A stretch of DNA of 64,000 nucleotides from the human T2T-CHM13v2.0 reference genome, Homo sapiens, in NCBI RefSeq assembly GCF_009914755.1, contig NC_060930.1; one strand, written 5' to 3'. Both the position numbers and the translations under genes were made by a program. Positions 1 through 14,991 of the stretch are shown here, piece after piece. The notes beneath the pieces were generated by a model. It was not told where the DNA came from, ran no database searches, and was given only the letters and a program-made list of their open reading frames with translations. How positions within the stretch are numbered: the stretch's first letter is position 1; every line of letters starts with the position of its first letter.

Positions 1-420
1 GTAGGGAATTGGGGGGAAGCTGAAGGAGGACCTGAAGCCCAGGGAGGTTTTTCTCAAGACATTTTGGAAGCACGTTTACATGGTGATAAGAATGAGCCAG
101 TAATAATGAAAGAATTGATGATGCAGGAGAGAGGGAGGGGACAATTGCAAGAAAAAGTCTCTGAAAAAGCTCAAGAGGGGTGAGATTGGGGTATAAAATA
201 GCCTTAAAAGAGAGAAGGAAGATTCAATTCAGTTTAATAGGAGGAAGACAAAGGATACAGATATGGATAGGTAGGCTGGTAAATTTGATGGAAAATGACA
301 TGGTTCTCATTTAATCAATTCTCTTTTCTCAGTGAAATAAGAGACACACTAGCTAAGAGTGGGGAGCACGCAGATGGTGCTTAAGTTATAAGAGGAAAGG
401 AAAAGATGTAAAACCATCAT
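1..420 (-). mobile_element. L2 LINE fragment (ancient, degenerate)
   Basis: Purine-rich stretch 'gatgcaggagagagggaggggacaattgcaagaaaaagtctctgaaaaagctcaagaggggtgagattgg' resembles the antisense L2 consensus; boundaries approximate. Confidence 0.55.
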
Positions 421-453
421 TGTATATCCAACTTTACATTTTTAATGTAGTAG

Positions 454-762
<309 letters not shown>

Positions 763-1153
763 TCAAGTTTCTATATAAAAATAAAAACACTTACCCCTAG
801 AAATGTACATAATTGTAAAAATCCTCACTATTGTCCTTATTGTTCCTTTACTTTGTATCAGCCCACGGATGTTTTTATGCCTTAATGTCAGGTCGTATAT
901 ATTAGTTGAACATCCTGTCTTATGAAGTAAATTTATGTTTTGCCAGATGTAAAAAGTACTTAATATGTCATACTTTAAAATTACTTTTAAAGATTCTGCT
1001 AGTTTTGAGATTCAAAATATTTGTTGAACTAATGGTGGTCATGTTTGTGCTTTGATGAACTCTGTAATGAAGTTTTATAATTTTGAGTGATAGTTCCTAT
1101 AAAATTTCAGCGAAATTTTTATATTTCTAAAAATGACATCAAGGTACAGGTAT

Positions 1154-1652
1154 TGTTTAGGTCACTTCTTCATATCATTTCTACATATCTTCCGACCATT
1201 TTTGTTTCAGACTACCTTTTCAAGGCTGTTGGCCATGCATGTTTGCAAACATCCCTGAAAGATAGAGATCCCTGTGGGATAGGTGGAAGATTTTCTTTCT
1301 GACTAGGATAATAAAGATAATAGCTCTCACTAGAAAAGGATAAGAAGACTTGTTAGCAGCCCTTATTAGATTAGGGTTTTCCTAAGTTTGGAATTCCTCG
1401 GTTACAACACAGACCAACTAACTCTGCGTAGCACTCACCTAGGTCTACCTGCATCACTCCCATGCCACTTGGGGGACAAGGTGGAACCAACGGGAGTGTG
1501 AAGCTCATGTTGCCTGCTGTGCTGTGAGTAACAGAGCCTTTTGCCTCTGACCCAGAAGTCTCATGTTTCTGACATTTACAGAACTGTGTCTAGCTAGCTA
1601 GTTAACTTACAAGTGGGGTCTAAACATCCCAGACCCTTTGCAGTTCCTGACA
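1154..1652 (+). mobile_element. ERVL solo LTR, LTR40-like
   Basis: Matches remembered LTR40 blocks: 'gactaccttttcaagg', 'ataataaagataat', 'tgtgagtaacagagccttttgcctctgacccagaagtctc', and terminal 'cagaccctttgcagttcctgaca'. Confidence 0.75.
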
Positions 1653-2701
1653 TTTCAAAAGCTACATCAGCACAGTCACTTAATATCATGGAAAAATGTA
1701 AGGCACTCTTTACTTATTCTTTGGAGTTCTGCTTTTACCTCGAATCTTTTTCCTTTTCTTTTTTCTTCCTTCTTTATTTTGTTATTTTTAATTTTCAGGA
1801 TTGAATTTAAACACCTAATTTTTTTATTCAACATTTAAGACACACATTTTGCTTTAAAGTCTTTCAGTAATAGTATTTAAATTGTTTCCTTGGCTTTTAA
1901 AAAGGACAACTTTTCTTAAATTTGTCTTTTCTAAAGGGTACTTATTTCAGAAAAATTTTCTTCTGGGTGGGAATAGTAATTGCTTCTGAGTCACAGCAAG
2001 CAACGGACTGAATTTTAAACTCTGGAGATCACATTCCAGCCGAGCAATTTCCCAAAGAAAAGAAATCTAAAGTAGTCCCCTAAATATTAAGCAAGTGACA
2101 GCAATGATAAGTAGGGGACTGCTTTGAACTGACGATGGAGAGTGGGCCCACTGTGGTTTACCAAATTTAGACTTGGTAAAATGAGACCTAGCATGGACAG
2201 GCATAGGAGAAACCAGGGTCAGTCAATGGGGGCAGCCAGGGAAGCCCCAGCTGGCCTCTTTCAAGAGATACAACCAGAGAGAGGGTCTTGGAAGTCATCA
2301 AGGAGTGAGACATGAGCAGCTTAAAATGCTCTGGAGATGGCAAGGGAAAATTACATCCTGTGCTTTCAGGGCTGCAGGATGTGGGTTGACAGAATCAAGC
2401 ATGGAATTTTCCTACTCAGAATGAGGGGACAAGACTGGTGATCAAAGGCCAGAAATAAATAAACGTCCCAAAGCAGCTCAGACTCATGACGCGTATGGCA
2501 CAGTGAAATCCAATTGATTTCACCCAAGTGGTAAGAAAATTTAAGGAAACAATGAAGCGATGAAAGCATGCCTAATTCAGGAAAACCTGGTGGATCTTAG
2601 ATGGCCCTCTTGAATTGCCTGTGTTAAAACTTCACTAAATATAATTAACTAAATAATTATTTAAGTATGCAAGCATTCTATATATTTAAGGAATTTAATG
2701 T

Positions 2702-3017
2702 TTTTTGTTTTTGTCTTTTTTTTTTTTTTTTTTGAGGCAGAGTTTTTGCTTTGTTGCCCAGGTTGGAGTGCAGTGGAGCCATCTCGGCTCATTGAAACTT
2801 CCGCCTCCCAGATTCAAGTGATTCTCGTGCCTCATCTCCCGAGTAGCTGGGATTACAGGCGTGCACACCACACCACACCTGGCTAATTTTTGCATTTTTA
2901 GTAGAGACGGGGTTTAGCCATGTTGGCCAGGCTGGTTGTGAACTCCTGGCCTCAAGTAATCACCCCCCTCGGCCTCCCAAACTGCTGGGATTACAGGCAC
3001 GTGCCACCTCACCTGGC
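2702..3017 (-). mobile_element. Alu (AluS-type), full length
   Basis: T-rich tail then antisense Alu; TSD ttaatgt at 2695-2701 and 3018-3024. Confidence 0.96.
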
Positions 3018-3269
3018 TTAATGTACATTTAAGGGATTAAAGTTATAGATTACAAAAACACTCTTACTGTCAAGGCGTCCTAATTCAGAAATCATCACAT
3101 TATATTTCTTCCTAAAGGTATTAGAGTAAAACAAAACTGTAGAAATGATGAGCTTTTATTAATTCTTTGAAATGAAATGTTAAATAACGCTATTCTATCA
3201 CACGATTTCTACCTGTTTTTAAAAGCACATGGCCTTTGAGATCTATTTTGGATAATGCTAGATGCTTAA

Positions 3270-3562
<293 letters not shown>

Positions 3563-3675
3563 GATGCTTAACCTTTTTATTTGAGGAAATAGTCACAATG
3601 GATTATTGATATTTAAATGGCTTTTCTTAATGCTAATTGGAAAGAGTAACCATGAGAATCCTGCTTAAAATTTTA

Positions 3676-3930
3676 CTTTATTTTATTGTTTTAGAGACAG
3701 GGTCTCATTCTATTGCTCAGGCTAGAGTGCAGTGGCACAATCATGGCTCACTGCAGTCTCGAATTCCTGGGCTCAAGGCATCCACCTTGCCCAGCTAATT
3801 TTTACATTTTTTATAGAGATGGGATATTGCTATGTTGCCCAGGCTGGTCTCAAATGCCTGGGTTCAAATGATTTTCCTGTCTTGGCCTCCCAAAGTGCTG
3901 GGATTTCAGGCATGAACCACCTCACCTGGT
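3676..3930 (-). mobile_element. AluJ with internal deletion
   Basis: AluJ diagnostics ('cagggtctc', 'tcatggctcactgcag', 'gctatgttgcccaggctgg'); about 45 bp missing after 'gggctcaag'; TSD cctgcttaa(a/g)atttta at 3660-3675 and 3931-3946. Confidence 0.93.
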
Positions 3931-4114
3931 CCTGCTTAAGATTTTAATTCTCATGTTAACAGAATGTTGACTACTCCACCAAAAAAGCTTGCTCTCCAGA
4001 AGAAAAGTAAACTAAATAAGTGGGTGAGTGGGAAGGTACGAAGTTGTATGGAATCTGCCTCATATGCCAGCTATTTATTTTCTCATTAAATGTTTAATGC
4101 AAGAGAGGTACTTA

Positions 4115-4260
4115 TTATCTGTCCTTACGAAGCTTACTTTCTGGTTGGGGGAGACTGACAACCAACACATCAAATAATGTATCAAGTGGTGTTAAGTGCC
4201 ATGGAGGAATACAGAGCAGGAGAAGGGGAGTAAAGAAGCCTGGGCATGGGGTGAGGACGT
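4115..4260 (-). mobile_element. L2 fragment
   Basis: 'gtccttacgaagcttactttctggttgggggagactgacaa...gttaagtgccatggaggaatacagagcagg' resembles the antisense L2 3' region. Confidence 0.65.
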
Positions 4261-4284
4261 TGTCAGAGTCAGATATTTCAAAAA

Positions 4285-4970
4285 CATGCTTCTGATAATA
4301 ATGTCCCTTTGCTCAAATCCTTCAAAGCTATCTCATTACTTCAGCACTAAGACCACACTTCTAAACCTAATGTACCCCACTGTGCATAGTTTGACCCTTG
4401 ACAAACTCTCTACCCTCAACTCCTTCCATGTGTGCAGACACACTCTTCATTTCTGCCATATTTAGTTCCACAGACCCCCAGGTTACATCATCCTTTCATG
4501 CATCTTCTTGTTTATTGACCTGTAAATACCTATCCTTTGCTCCCCAATTGTCCGATCTAATAAAGTTTCTTCTTATCATTTAAGACTCTGACCTAGCATC
4601 ATCTTTTCTTAGAAGTGCTTTTAATCCATTTTATCTAGTACCATAGGTCAGTTTCAATTCCTCCTCTTTTCATGGCTCTGCAAATGGCTTCCCCCAAGTT
4701 ATGCCACCTACTCGGAATTCCACAACACTGTTCTCTGTGCTTCTGTCTGTTCTAGCACCTTTCACATTGTGTTACTTATGTAAGAAAGTTTGGAATTAGG
4801 TTAGCATAAACAAATAAATATCATTTAATTTTAATAATTCTAACTGATTCTTCTGACTGCAGTGTGAATTGCTCAAGGACAGGGTTTGAGTATGTTTGCT
4901 TTTATACTCCCTATATGGACACCATCCTTGGTGCTTGGTATACATCTCACAAATGTTTGTTTAATCAATC
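4285..4970 (+). mobile_element. L2 3' region fragment(s)
   Basis: 'ccctttgctcaaatccttcaaag' internal L2 motif and an L2-like 3' terminus ('ctcaaggacaggg...caaatgtttgtttaatcaatc'). Confidence 0.6.
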
Positions 4971-5144
4971 CGTTTTGTGTGTAAACATTCTAACTGAGCT
5001 TTAAATCTTTCCTGTTTTAGTGACAAGGATCTTCCGTAGTAATTTTCTACACAATAGTATTAAGATGTAGTCACATGAATAAATCCATGCCTAATTTTTT
5101 TTCTATTATAGATGCCATATCATATTCTGAGGACATAATGTCAT

Positions 5145-5378
5145 CTAATGCTTACTGAATTCATACTAGGTGCCAAGCACTGTTCTCTGCACTTTAAATA
5201 AGTAACAACTTATTTACTCCTAATGACAACCCTGGAAATGGAATGGGTATTATCAGTTTCCTTATCTTGCTTGAGTACAAAATGGTTAAATAAATTGCTA
5301 AAAGTTAGTCATATAACTAGGTTTCAAACCCAAGCAGCCTAACTCTAATTCTATGCTTTCAACCACTATACGATGCTG
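5145..5378 (-). mobile_element. MIR SINE
   Basis: Antisense MIR: 'taggtgccaagcactgttct...acaaccct...tttcaaacccaagcagcctaactct...aaccactatac'. Confidence 0.75.
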
Positions 5379-6106
5379 TCTACTTTTTATTAAGCTTCAG
5401 AAAGTTAAATTATTCATTCCGTAACAGAGGGGAAAGGAGGAAGCTGAGAAATATTGGCATAGAATTTGAACTACTTAGAATTTTAAGGGTTGGTTGGTAT
5501 GGTGTGGAAGGTGCAAAGTACCTTAGGAATCGTGCCAAAGCTTTGAACTTAAGCCTCTAGGTACAGTATATTAGACACATGATATTTTTGTCATCTGCTA
5601 CCTTCAATAATAATTCATTTAATCCAGTGAAGGGTGGTAAACGCTTTGGAATACATACAAGATGCTGTGGTTGCCATGGGGTGAAGTAAGAAGATATAAA
5701 ACAAATAATTAACTGTAGCCTGCAAATAGTTTTTCCACTGTGTACCTTCTATATGTTCTGCTGGTAAAATAACAACACCCATTCAAATAGCATGCTCACA
5801 TGCATTGTTTCTTTGGATTCTTTCCACAACTCAGTAAGGTGTAATCAGTGCATTCATGATCCATGTCTTATAGATGCAAAGACTCAACTTGCCCAAAGTC
5901 ATGAGTGGGGAAATGTGAAAATGAGTGAGGCATATGAATGAAATCATTTGTTCCTTTTCTCTGCCCTTTATCTTGCCTTTCATAATTATATTAGATAAGA
6001 CAGTTTAATTGCAATTTATCCAATTGCAATTTATCTTAATCCTATTTATCTAATGTAAAACAATGTCAAAATTGGTCCAGTTTTTCATTAATGTTAAGAA
6101 AAGTGG

Positions 6107-6455
<349 letters not shown>

Positions 6456-6799
6456 CTAATTTTGGGGAGATTTTAATTGCTGATCTTACCTTCCACTGTT
6501 ACAACTCTTCTCTGTTCTATGAGCTTCCACCACCCACATTCCTATCTGGTGAGAGCCTAGAAGAACCAAATATAATGGTTCCCAGAAATCTGGGTGATGG
6601 TGTTAGTGATAGTGACCCATGTTTCTCCAACAATAACAATAACTTCATAGCTGTTACCATGTTGGATTATTACCACAACCTCTTGAATTATGTGTGGTAG
6701 ATATTAATGTCTCAGATTTATAGATGAAGAATTGGCACATAGGTAGGGTAAGTGATTCTGTGTTCTTTTGAAACTTTTCTCATAGGTTTTACCATATAT

Positions 6800-7125
6800 G
6801 TTTCTGTGAATTCAAGTCTACTGTGAAACGTACCTTTGCAAACCCACTCCTTCCCATTCTCCCCCATGTAAATAAATAGTACCTTCATCTAGCAGTTGCT
6901 TGAGTAAGAAACTTATGAGGTTTCCTTGAATTCTCTCTCTTCTTTCTCCCTACACCAAATCCATCAGCAAGTCCTGATTACTTTATTTCAAAAACGCAAC
7001 CAGAATCTGTCCACTTCTTTTCATTGCAGGTATTTTTATCTATTTCATTTAGGACTAGCTCAGCCAGGACCTAGAACAGTATCTGGTATGTCATAAGTCC
7101 TCAATAAATATTTGTAAAATGAATA
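6800..7125 (+). mobile_element. L2 fragments including 3' end
   Basis: 'caaatccatcagcaagtcctg...ccagaatctgtccacttct' and terminal 'cctagaacagtatctggtatgtcataagtcctcaataaatatttgtaaaatgaat'. Confidence 0.75.
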
Positions 7126-10100
7126 TTTCCACTATGATACTAGCAGTGATATTAAAAATATTTAGAAATATATATGGCAGGAACTTGGACCATCGGCAGG
7201 ACTTCTGAAGTTCTTAAAGTTTCGTGCTCTGCCGGGTGCTAACACTTTGATCCCTGGGTCCTGAGGCAGTTTGGAAGTTCTGGGGGAAAGGATAAGATGG
7301 CTGAGACATCACTTAGGTATTACCTTTTCTCAAGTGTTAGGAGATACTTAATTTCTGTTAATGTGCTTATGAATTGAATGTCACAACAGAAAAAGGATTG
7401 TGTGTTCCTACATTTGGGAGTTGGAGCCAACAATAGTTCACTAAATTTGAAGTATTTTTATAATTATGAACATATTAGGAAAGAAGCTAAAATACTTCTG
7501 TTATAATAAAGGCAAACTTTTACCCAAGCCAGGCAGTTTGGGAAATGCTGCTGAAAATGTATCCTCTCTCCAAGAAAAGTAACTTGAGCACTCATCTAAT
7601 GACATTAAAAAAATTCCAACAGCCAATAATCACCTTGTAGCAATAGTATATAAGTGTGTATTTACCTGAGTAGTAATCAATTCTGATAAAGACTCCCTAG
7701 CCTACAAAAAAGATATTGATGTACAAAGACTAGGAATATAAATGCTTCATTAAAATAAAGAAGGAAACAGGAAGTCTGGTAAATTTTTGATACTATTTTA
7801 ATTTTTAATCTATTTTATAAATTCTAAGTAGTGTCAGACAAGAGTGCATTATTGCTTCATAATTCAGCAGCTTTGTGATCTGTAGACTGTTTACTACATC
7901 AGAAAAAAAAAGGATGGACAAGCAGAAAATCCTGTGAATCCTGAATTCTTATATTAATGTGAAAATATTACTACTCTGCTATTTGACTTTTCCTCGAATC
8001 CTTGGATTATTAATCAGTTTGAGAGGGTCCAGAGAGAGAGCCTTTCCTGTTGCAGATTTGCTTTGTCTGTTTCCGTCATCTGTATCAGATAGGAGTTAAG
8101 TTAGAAGTGAAACATGACATTCTGACAGTGAATCCAGCAGACAGATTCTTGGCTGCATTCTCTGCTACACTTGAACTTCTGCTAAGCATGTGATGAAAGA
8201 GTGTTTTCGACTGCACCAGCTGTGGAGAGGTTAATAAAACAAAAGAGGGGAAACAAAAGTGCTCACAGCAGAAAGCTTCTGGCTTTGCTGATTTTTCTGG
8301 TTACAAACAATATGTCAGAGAGCTGTAACTGCTGTGTTGGTTTGGGCTTTAAGCCATTTAAGACAAGTTGAGCTTCTGAATTAAAAGTTTAAAGAGAATA
8401 AATAAGCAGCACATCAGATGCAATGTTATGTATTTTGGTGCTGGAAATGGAAAGCTCTTACTTTGCCATAGACACTTGGAAATTAGGAAACTGGTGTGTA
8501 TTTTGCTGGCATCCTTGATAGTTTCTCCCGTAAACAGAAACCTGCATAGGCTTTCAGATGTTTGAGATATGCAGAAGCAAAAGTGCTCTTGGCTTAGTGG
8601 ACTGCAAGTAGTCTCTTATGCTCTCTCTCTCTCTTCCTGTGTCCCACTCCTCCAGCAAAGGACCATGGAATGTGGAACCTTGCCCAGCCTGCTGCTCAGG
8701 AGGCGATTGCTCAAGGCTGTCTTATGCAGAGGAGGTCAACAGTTGACCCATGAACCATTTAAACTGGAAGGAAGAATTAACCAATACCCTGAGAGATAGA
8801 CTACAACTACTTTTTCCTGAAAGTTAGAGTGCAGAGTACAGGAGAGGAAGGCCATTTACTAATTTTCCTGCTTCCTTCACCAGTCCTCTACCTCTCCATA
8901 CCTAAGGTCCTTCACTCAATATACTCAAGTCTTCTCTGCTATGTCTGCATTCCCACATGCCACGGCATATAAAAGGTAGGATAAGGAGTTCCATCACTTC
9001 ACACAAGCATCTACCAGGAGGAGGAAAATAAAAACATTTTACCATCAACTTCGCCCCTTGCTGTGAAACCAAAGGCTTGTTATATAAGCGTTTGGGGACA
9101 TAATGAATGTGACTTACATATGTCATCTGGGAGACATGGTGTTTATATTTCTTGAGTTGAATTGGGGCAGAAAAAAAAATGGGCATCTAAAATGCTCAAT
9201 AATTGAGAGAAACTTTAAAAGTTATTCCTCACCCTAGTTTGTCTAATATCTATCTTTATCATCTTATTTGTCAGTTCCTTGGGAAATTAAGAAATTTAGA
9301 AATTTCTACTGAAATAAAATGGATTGTTTTGGAGACTGTTTCTGAATAGTTGCAGAACTCCCCCAAAGTCCCAACACAAGTCTCATTCCTCGTTTCCTCC
9401 TGACCCCCAGTATTCTAGCTGATTCAAGTTCACGCCCACATCTTCTCTTCAGACGTGCAGTTCCTCAGAGAGTCTTCTTTGTGGCTCCTAGACTTATTAT
9501 GTCAAGTACTGGAGCACCATGAACTTGCTAAGGAGCAAATGCACACGTGTTCTACACCAGAAGACAGTCAGATGCACTGATGTCTTGATTTATTGGGTTT
9601 GTAAATTTGGGTGTGATTAAGCACAGCACTGAGGAATCTGTCCTTTTAGACTGCGTTTACTGCAGGATAATGAATGTGATTTGATTTACACAAATGTGAT
9701 CTGCGGAAAGGTTTGTTTAGGAGTACTCTAAGTCACAAACTGAGGTATATACTTCATATAAAGCATTAGTGAGGTCAAGGGAATAGTTGGGCAAAAGTGG
9801 GGAAGGTGTTGAGTTGGTTGGAACACTATGTGAGAAGCTAAGTTTCCCCAAATTTTGTTCAACATAAGCATACAATTATCAAATGCCAATTTGATATCAA
9901 GACAATACTAATTTTTACTTCTTCTTTTCTCTCTGCCGCTAGCCTGTGAAGAAAAAACCAACACCTAGAATTTTTTCCATCCCTCACCTTTCCTTTGAGA
10001 ACTCAACAACCCAAGCAACATGAACCTTTTCCCAAATACCATTTAGGAGAAGTCACTGGCAGTTTAAGAAACAGATTTTTTTAAAAAGTTCCAGGGTGAG

Positions 10101-10217
10101 ACATCTTCCAACATAAACTTTAAATATCATTCTTAGCATCAAAGCAACAATATATTTAGTGTGAGTTCTTATTTTTAATAAACTTGATTTTTTAGAGTTT
10201 ATTTAAAAAATTTTTAG

Positions 10218-11356
<1,139 letters not shown>

Positions 11357-13014
11357 TGAACCTTAGTTTTTAATCTCTAAAATAGAACTAAGAGTATTTA
11401 GGTAAATACAAAAATTCGATATGTGTCTAAAATAAAGATACCTAGCAGAGAATATGCAAAAAATTAAAGTTTTGCCTCCTCTTATATAAGAAATATAATT
11501 AACACTTACTAAATTTGATAGTAGAGGTGAATGTAAATTGATTCCATAAAATAACCTTTACAAACATAATATAACCAACCAGTAAAATTGGCTTTGAGGA
11601 GACATTTGGCTTCTAATTCAGAGAATACTTCATCTTTGTATTTTCTCCAGTATTTTTGGAATGTATGTTCAGCGGGCAATAAACAAACAGAAATTTCAAA
11701 TCATCTTCGTCTTGGTTTGGAAGAAGTAGAAATAGTATAACTATTGGCCACTGAGTTGCTGTGGGTTTCCCAAGAGACGAGATGTGCTGGGCGTGGAGCC
11801 TTAGATTGTGGAGGGGCAAAATTACAGGGCTCGGAAGAAAATATTATTCTACATGGCCCAACAAGGCATGTTATCAGATACTTAGTACTGGCTGCTTACC
11901 TGGGCAGCACCCCAAAAGGGAGAAGAGTATGGGATAGAGGAAATAATTATCTGGAGGCTGTTATTCAACACTTAAGATCCATGTGAGGGAGCTACAGTAC
12001 AATGTTTCTTTTACTTCAGTCTGTATTAAAATGTCCACTTCATCTGTTTTTGGGAATATGTTGCTTGATTCAAATAACTACTTTTAATTTTTAAAGTAAA
12101 CAAAATTAGAATAATAGGAACAACATTAGTTTTAGCAAACAGAAAAGGGTTATCGCTGTTCTTTTTAGCATCAGTCACCTCTTGCTGAGTCTGCCAGAGG
12201 CAAAAAAGGATCTCCACCTACCCAGCATGCTTCCCTTTCTGGAGGGCCCTTGTCCTGTGGTAAGCAAGTGAAGCATCAACACATATAGAGGGCCCACTAG
12301 CTGCTGTCAAGTGATGTCTGGCTTAGAGATGACAAATAAAATAAGGGACCCGTGGCAACAATAGAGAACTTTGCTTTCATAACTGAAAACCTGAGAAAGT
12401 TTTGCTGTGTGGATTCACCAATTTGCTTTTCCACAAGGGTTTGCTATCCTGTTCGTCAGTCTGATTTTCGATTATTCTAAAATTCTACATAGAGTAGATG
12501 TCTGCCTTTCCTTACCAGGCGGCAGATTCTCCCTGGATCATTTACTGTTTAGAATTACAAAACAAATACAATGTTTATAATAAAACTTTACAAATGGTGA
12601 ATTTTAAAAAATATTTTATGATCTCTTAATTACATACGGCAAAATGAAAGACATTGGGAAAAATAATTTTAACATAGTAATGACTCTTTGTGACTTTCTT
12701 TAAAATTGCCTTTTAAAATTATTGATTACATCAAGGGCAAATATAAACATTATCAATTGATCAGATTAACTTTTGTGGGTTTTCTTCTAAGAGTACCTTT
12801 CTTTTTTTCCTATCAGGCTTATTTATTGAATCACCAATCTAATTTGTAAATTGTTGTTATCCTTTAAAATTTTTATAGTTATAAGTTATTTGGTATTCAT
12901 TGTATCTGGTGGGAGGATTTATCCAGAGGCATGGTTTTCTCTTCCCTTTTTTTAAATCAATATGGGATTTTAGTAACATCATGATCATCATATCACTCAC
13001 TGGGAACCCATTGT

Positions 13015-13135
13015 GTGGCACTTTGTAGACATTCTTTTAATTGTCATAACAACCTTGCAGTGTCTACAGATGAGGCTCAGGAAGTTAAATAAAACTCTAA
13101 GAACTTGTACTCAGGGTTGTCTCCTTCAAAATTCT
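13015..13135 (-). mobile_element. MIR fragment
   Basis: 'cataacaacc...tacagatgaggctcaggaagttaaataa' matches the antisense MIR core. Confidence 0.55.
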
Positions 13136-14009
13136 TTGCTGATCCTAATTCTGAAATGTGTGAAGTTGTCAAAATATGAAATATTGGCTACCCAAGCATG
13201 ATAACAGTACATTTGTAAGCATTAATGTATCCAGTGAAGCAAATCCCTTGTCTTTAAAGGGCCCATGCTTGTTTTTCAGAAACTCTGAGGCCATAGGACT
13301 CTACCACACCATAAACTCTGTTGGTTTTTGCTCTGTTTTCAAAGCATCTAACTCTGCCAGAAAGTAGTTCAAGCATGTTGGAAGAATCAAGCTTCCTGAA
13401 TTGGGCGATGCATAATTTGGTTTAAAACTGATATAACAATCGGAAATTCTACTTATCCACTGAATCATATTGATTACACGCCAACGTCTTGTTCTTTATC
13501 CTAACCGCACTCATTCTATTTTTTTTTCATCTACAGAATTCTCATAGCCTACAAAGCAAATTTCAAAACAGATATTTAAAGGGATGAAAGGGCTTAGATA
13601 ACTTTATAAAAATTAGGCGAAATCAATTTCAAGGATAACTGTAGATATCTGGAATATGTAAGTAGCATCCAAGTTCTTGATTATAAAGACATGTTACTTG
13701 GTGCCTTCAAAACCAAAACAATGCTCCTCTTGGGATTTTCAAAAAAATACAGAAAGAGTAAACTCAGAGTAAAGATATAAGTAGAGATAGGGCCTAAAAA
13801 TGGAAAGCAATTATGAAGAGAAAGTGAAAGACAAGGAGGAATGTTTAGAAAAATCAGATAACAGTGATCCAAAAGAGAGGACCCTTAGGATAGAGAAAGA
13901 TACAAAGATAAATAGTGGTGGAAAATAATGAGGGCACAAGGTTATAATTCAAAGTAAATTTTCCAAATTGCATATCCTGTTTAAAATGTGTGTCTTAGAG
14001 TTTTACATG

Positions 14010-14120
14010 AATCTGGTGCAGTGGGAAAAAACACTGGACTGGGAATCCGAGGCCCTGGTTTGGGATCTGGCTAAACCATTCATCATCTATGTTTTCTTAA
14101 ACAACCTATTCAGGGCCCTG
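14010..14120 (+). mobile_element. MIR fragment
   Basis: 'ggtgcagtgggaaaaaacactggactgggaatccgaggccctggttt' matches the tRNA-derived MIR 5' end. Confidence 0.6.
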
Positions 14121-14125
14121 GTTAT

Positions 14126-14129
14126 TATA

Positions 14130-14176
<47 letters not shown>
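14126..14176. repeat. (TA)n microsatellite
   Basis: Directly visible; uninterrupted (AT)19 at 14139-14176. Confidence 0.98.
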
Positions 14177-14179
<3 letters not shown>

Positions 14180-14340
14180 CAAGAGCTGCTATTAAATGCC
14201 TTCCAGTGCTAAATAACTCAATTGAGCAAGGAGCAGAATTTAGAGTAATACCTTATTAAATGGCAAGACAATATTTTCTTGCCATTAACTGATATTGTAC
14301 TGATGACAGCCTGCATAGGGCCCAATACAGTCCCGAGAAC

Positions 14341-14786
14341 CTGTTCATTCTTTCTTTTCTTTCTTTCTTTTTTTTTTGAGAAACATTAACTTTTATTAAT
14401 TTATTCATCAAGTATTTTAGGATGGTTATATAGTTTGATAATATGCTGAATGATCGTTAAGGATATATCAAATTTTAGTAACAAATAAATTATTTAAAAT
14501 TATTTGCCAGAATCTTAAAAATGACAAAAACTAAGAAAACTAAGTCACATTATTATGGTAAAATTCAAATGTTGAGGTATCCTAAAAGAGAACAGTAATA
14601 AAGTACTAACAGCAATTTTTATATGGCATTCAACGTAAATTACATTGAAGTCATTAACATAAAAGAGTTACACAGGTAAAACATTCAGATTCCTCACCAA
14701 AAATGTGTTAAGATTCTATTTACTCAGTCTAATACATCTTTAAGTGGAATTTTGGTGTTTTTTCTATGTGGACTCTGAACATTTTT
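14341..14786 (-). pseudogene. Candidate processed retrocopy of an mRNA 3' end (parent unknown)
   Basis: T-rich tail ending at 14377; tttatt (AATAAA on the minus strand) at 14392-14397 and 14400-14405; AT-rich body not recognised as Alu or L1; imperfect flanking direct repeat ctgttcattctt / ctgaacattttt. Confidence 0.55.
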
Positions 14787-14802
14787 ATTAAGATTATTTT
14801 TT

Positions 14803-14961
14803 GCCAGGCATGGTGGCACACACCTGTAGTCCTAGCTACTTAGGGGGATGAAGTGGGAAGATCCCTTGAGCCCAGGAGATCAAGGCTGCAGTAAGCCGTG
14901 ATTGTGCCACTGCGCTCCTGCCTGGGCAACAAAGTGAGATTTGGTATCAAAAAAAAAAAAA
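14803..14961 (+). mobile_element. Alu right-arm monomer (FRAM or 5'-truncated AluJ)
   Basis: 'gccaggcatggtggcacacacctgtagtcctagctact...ttgagcccaggagatcaaggctgcagt' followed by poly-A. Confidence 0.9.
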
Positions 14962-14991
14962 GGACAATAATAACAATATTAGTGTTATCAA

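Noticed and set aside
2141-2523. Short palindromes agtgggcccact, tttaccaa..ttggtaaa and gtgaaatc..gatttcac
   Set aside because: Stems of 6-8 bp are expected many times by chance in 64 kb; no miRNA-length hairpin.
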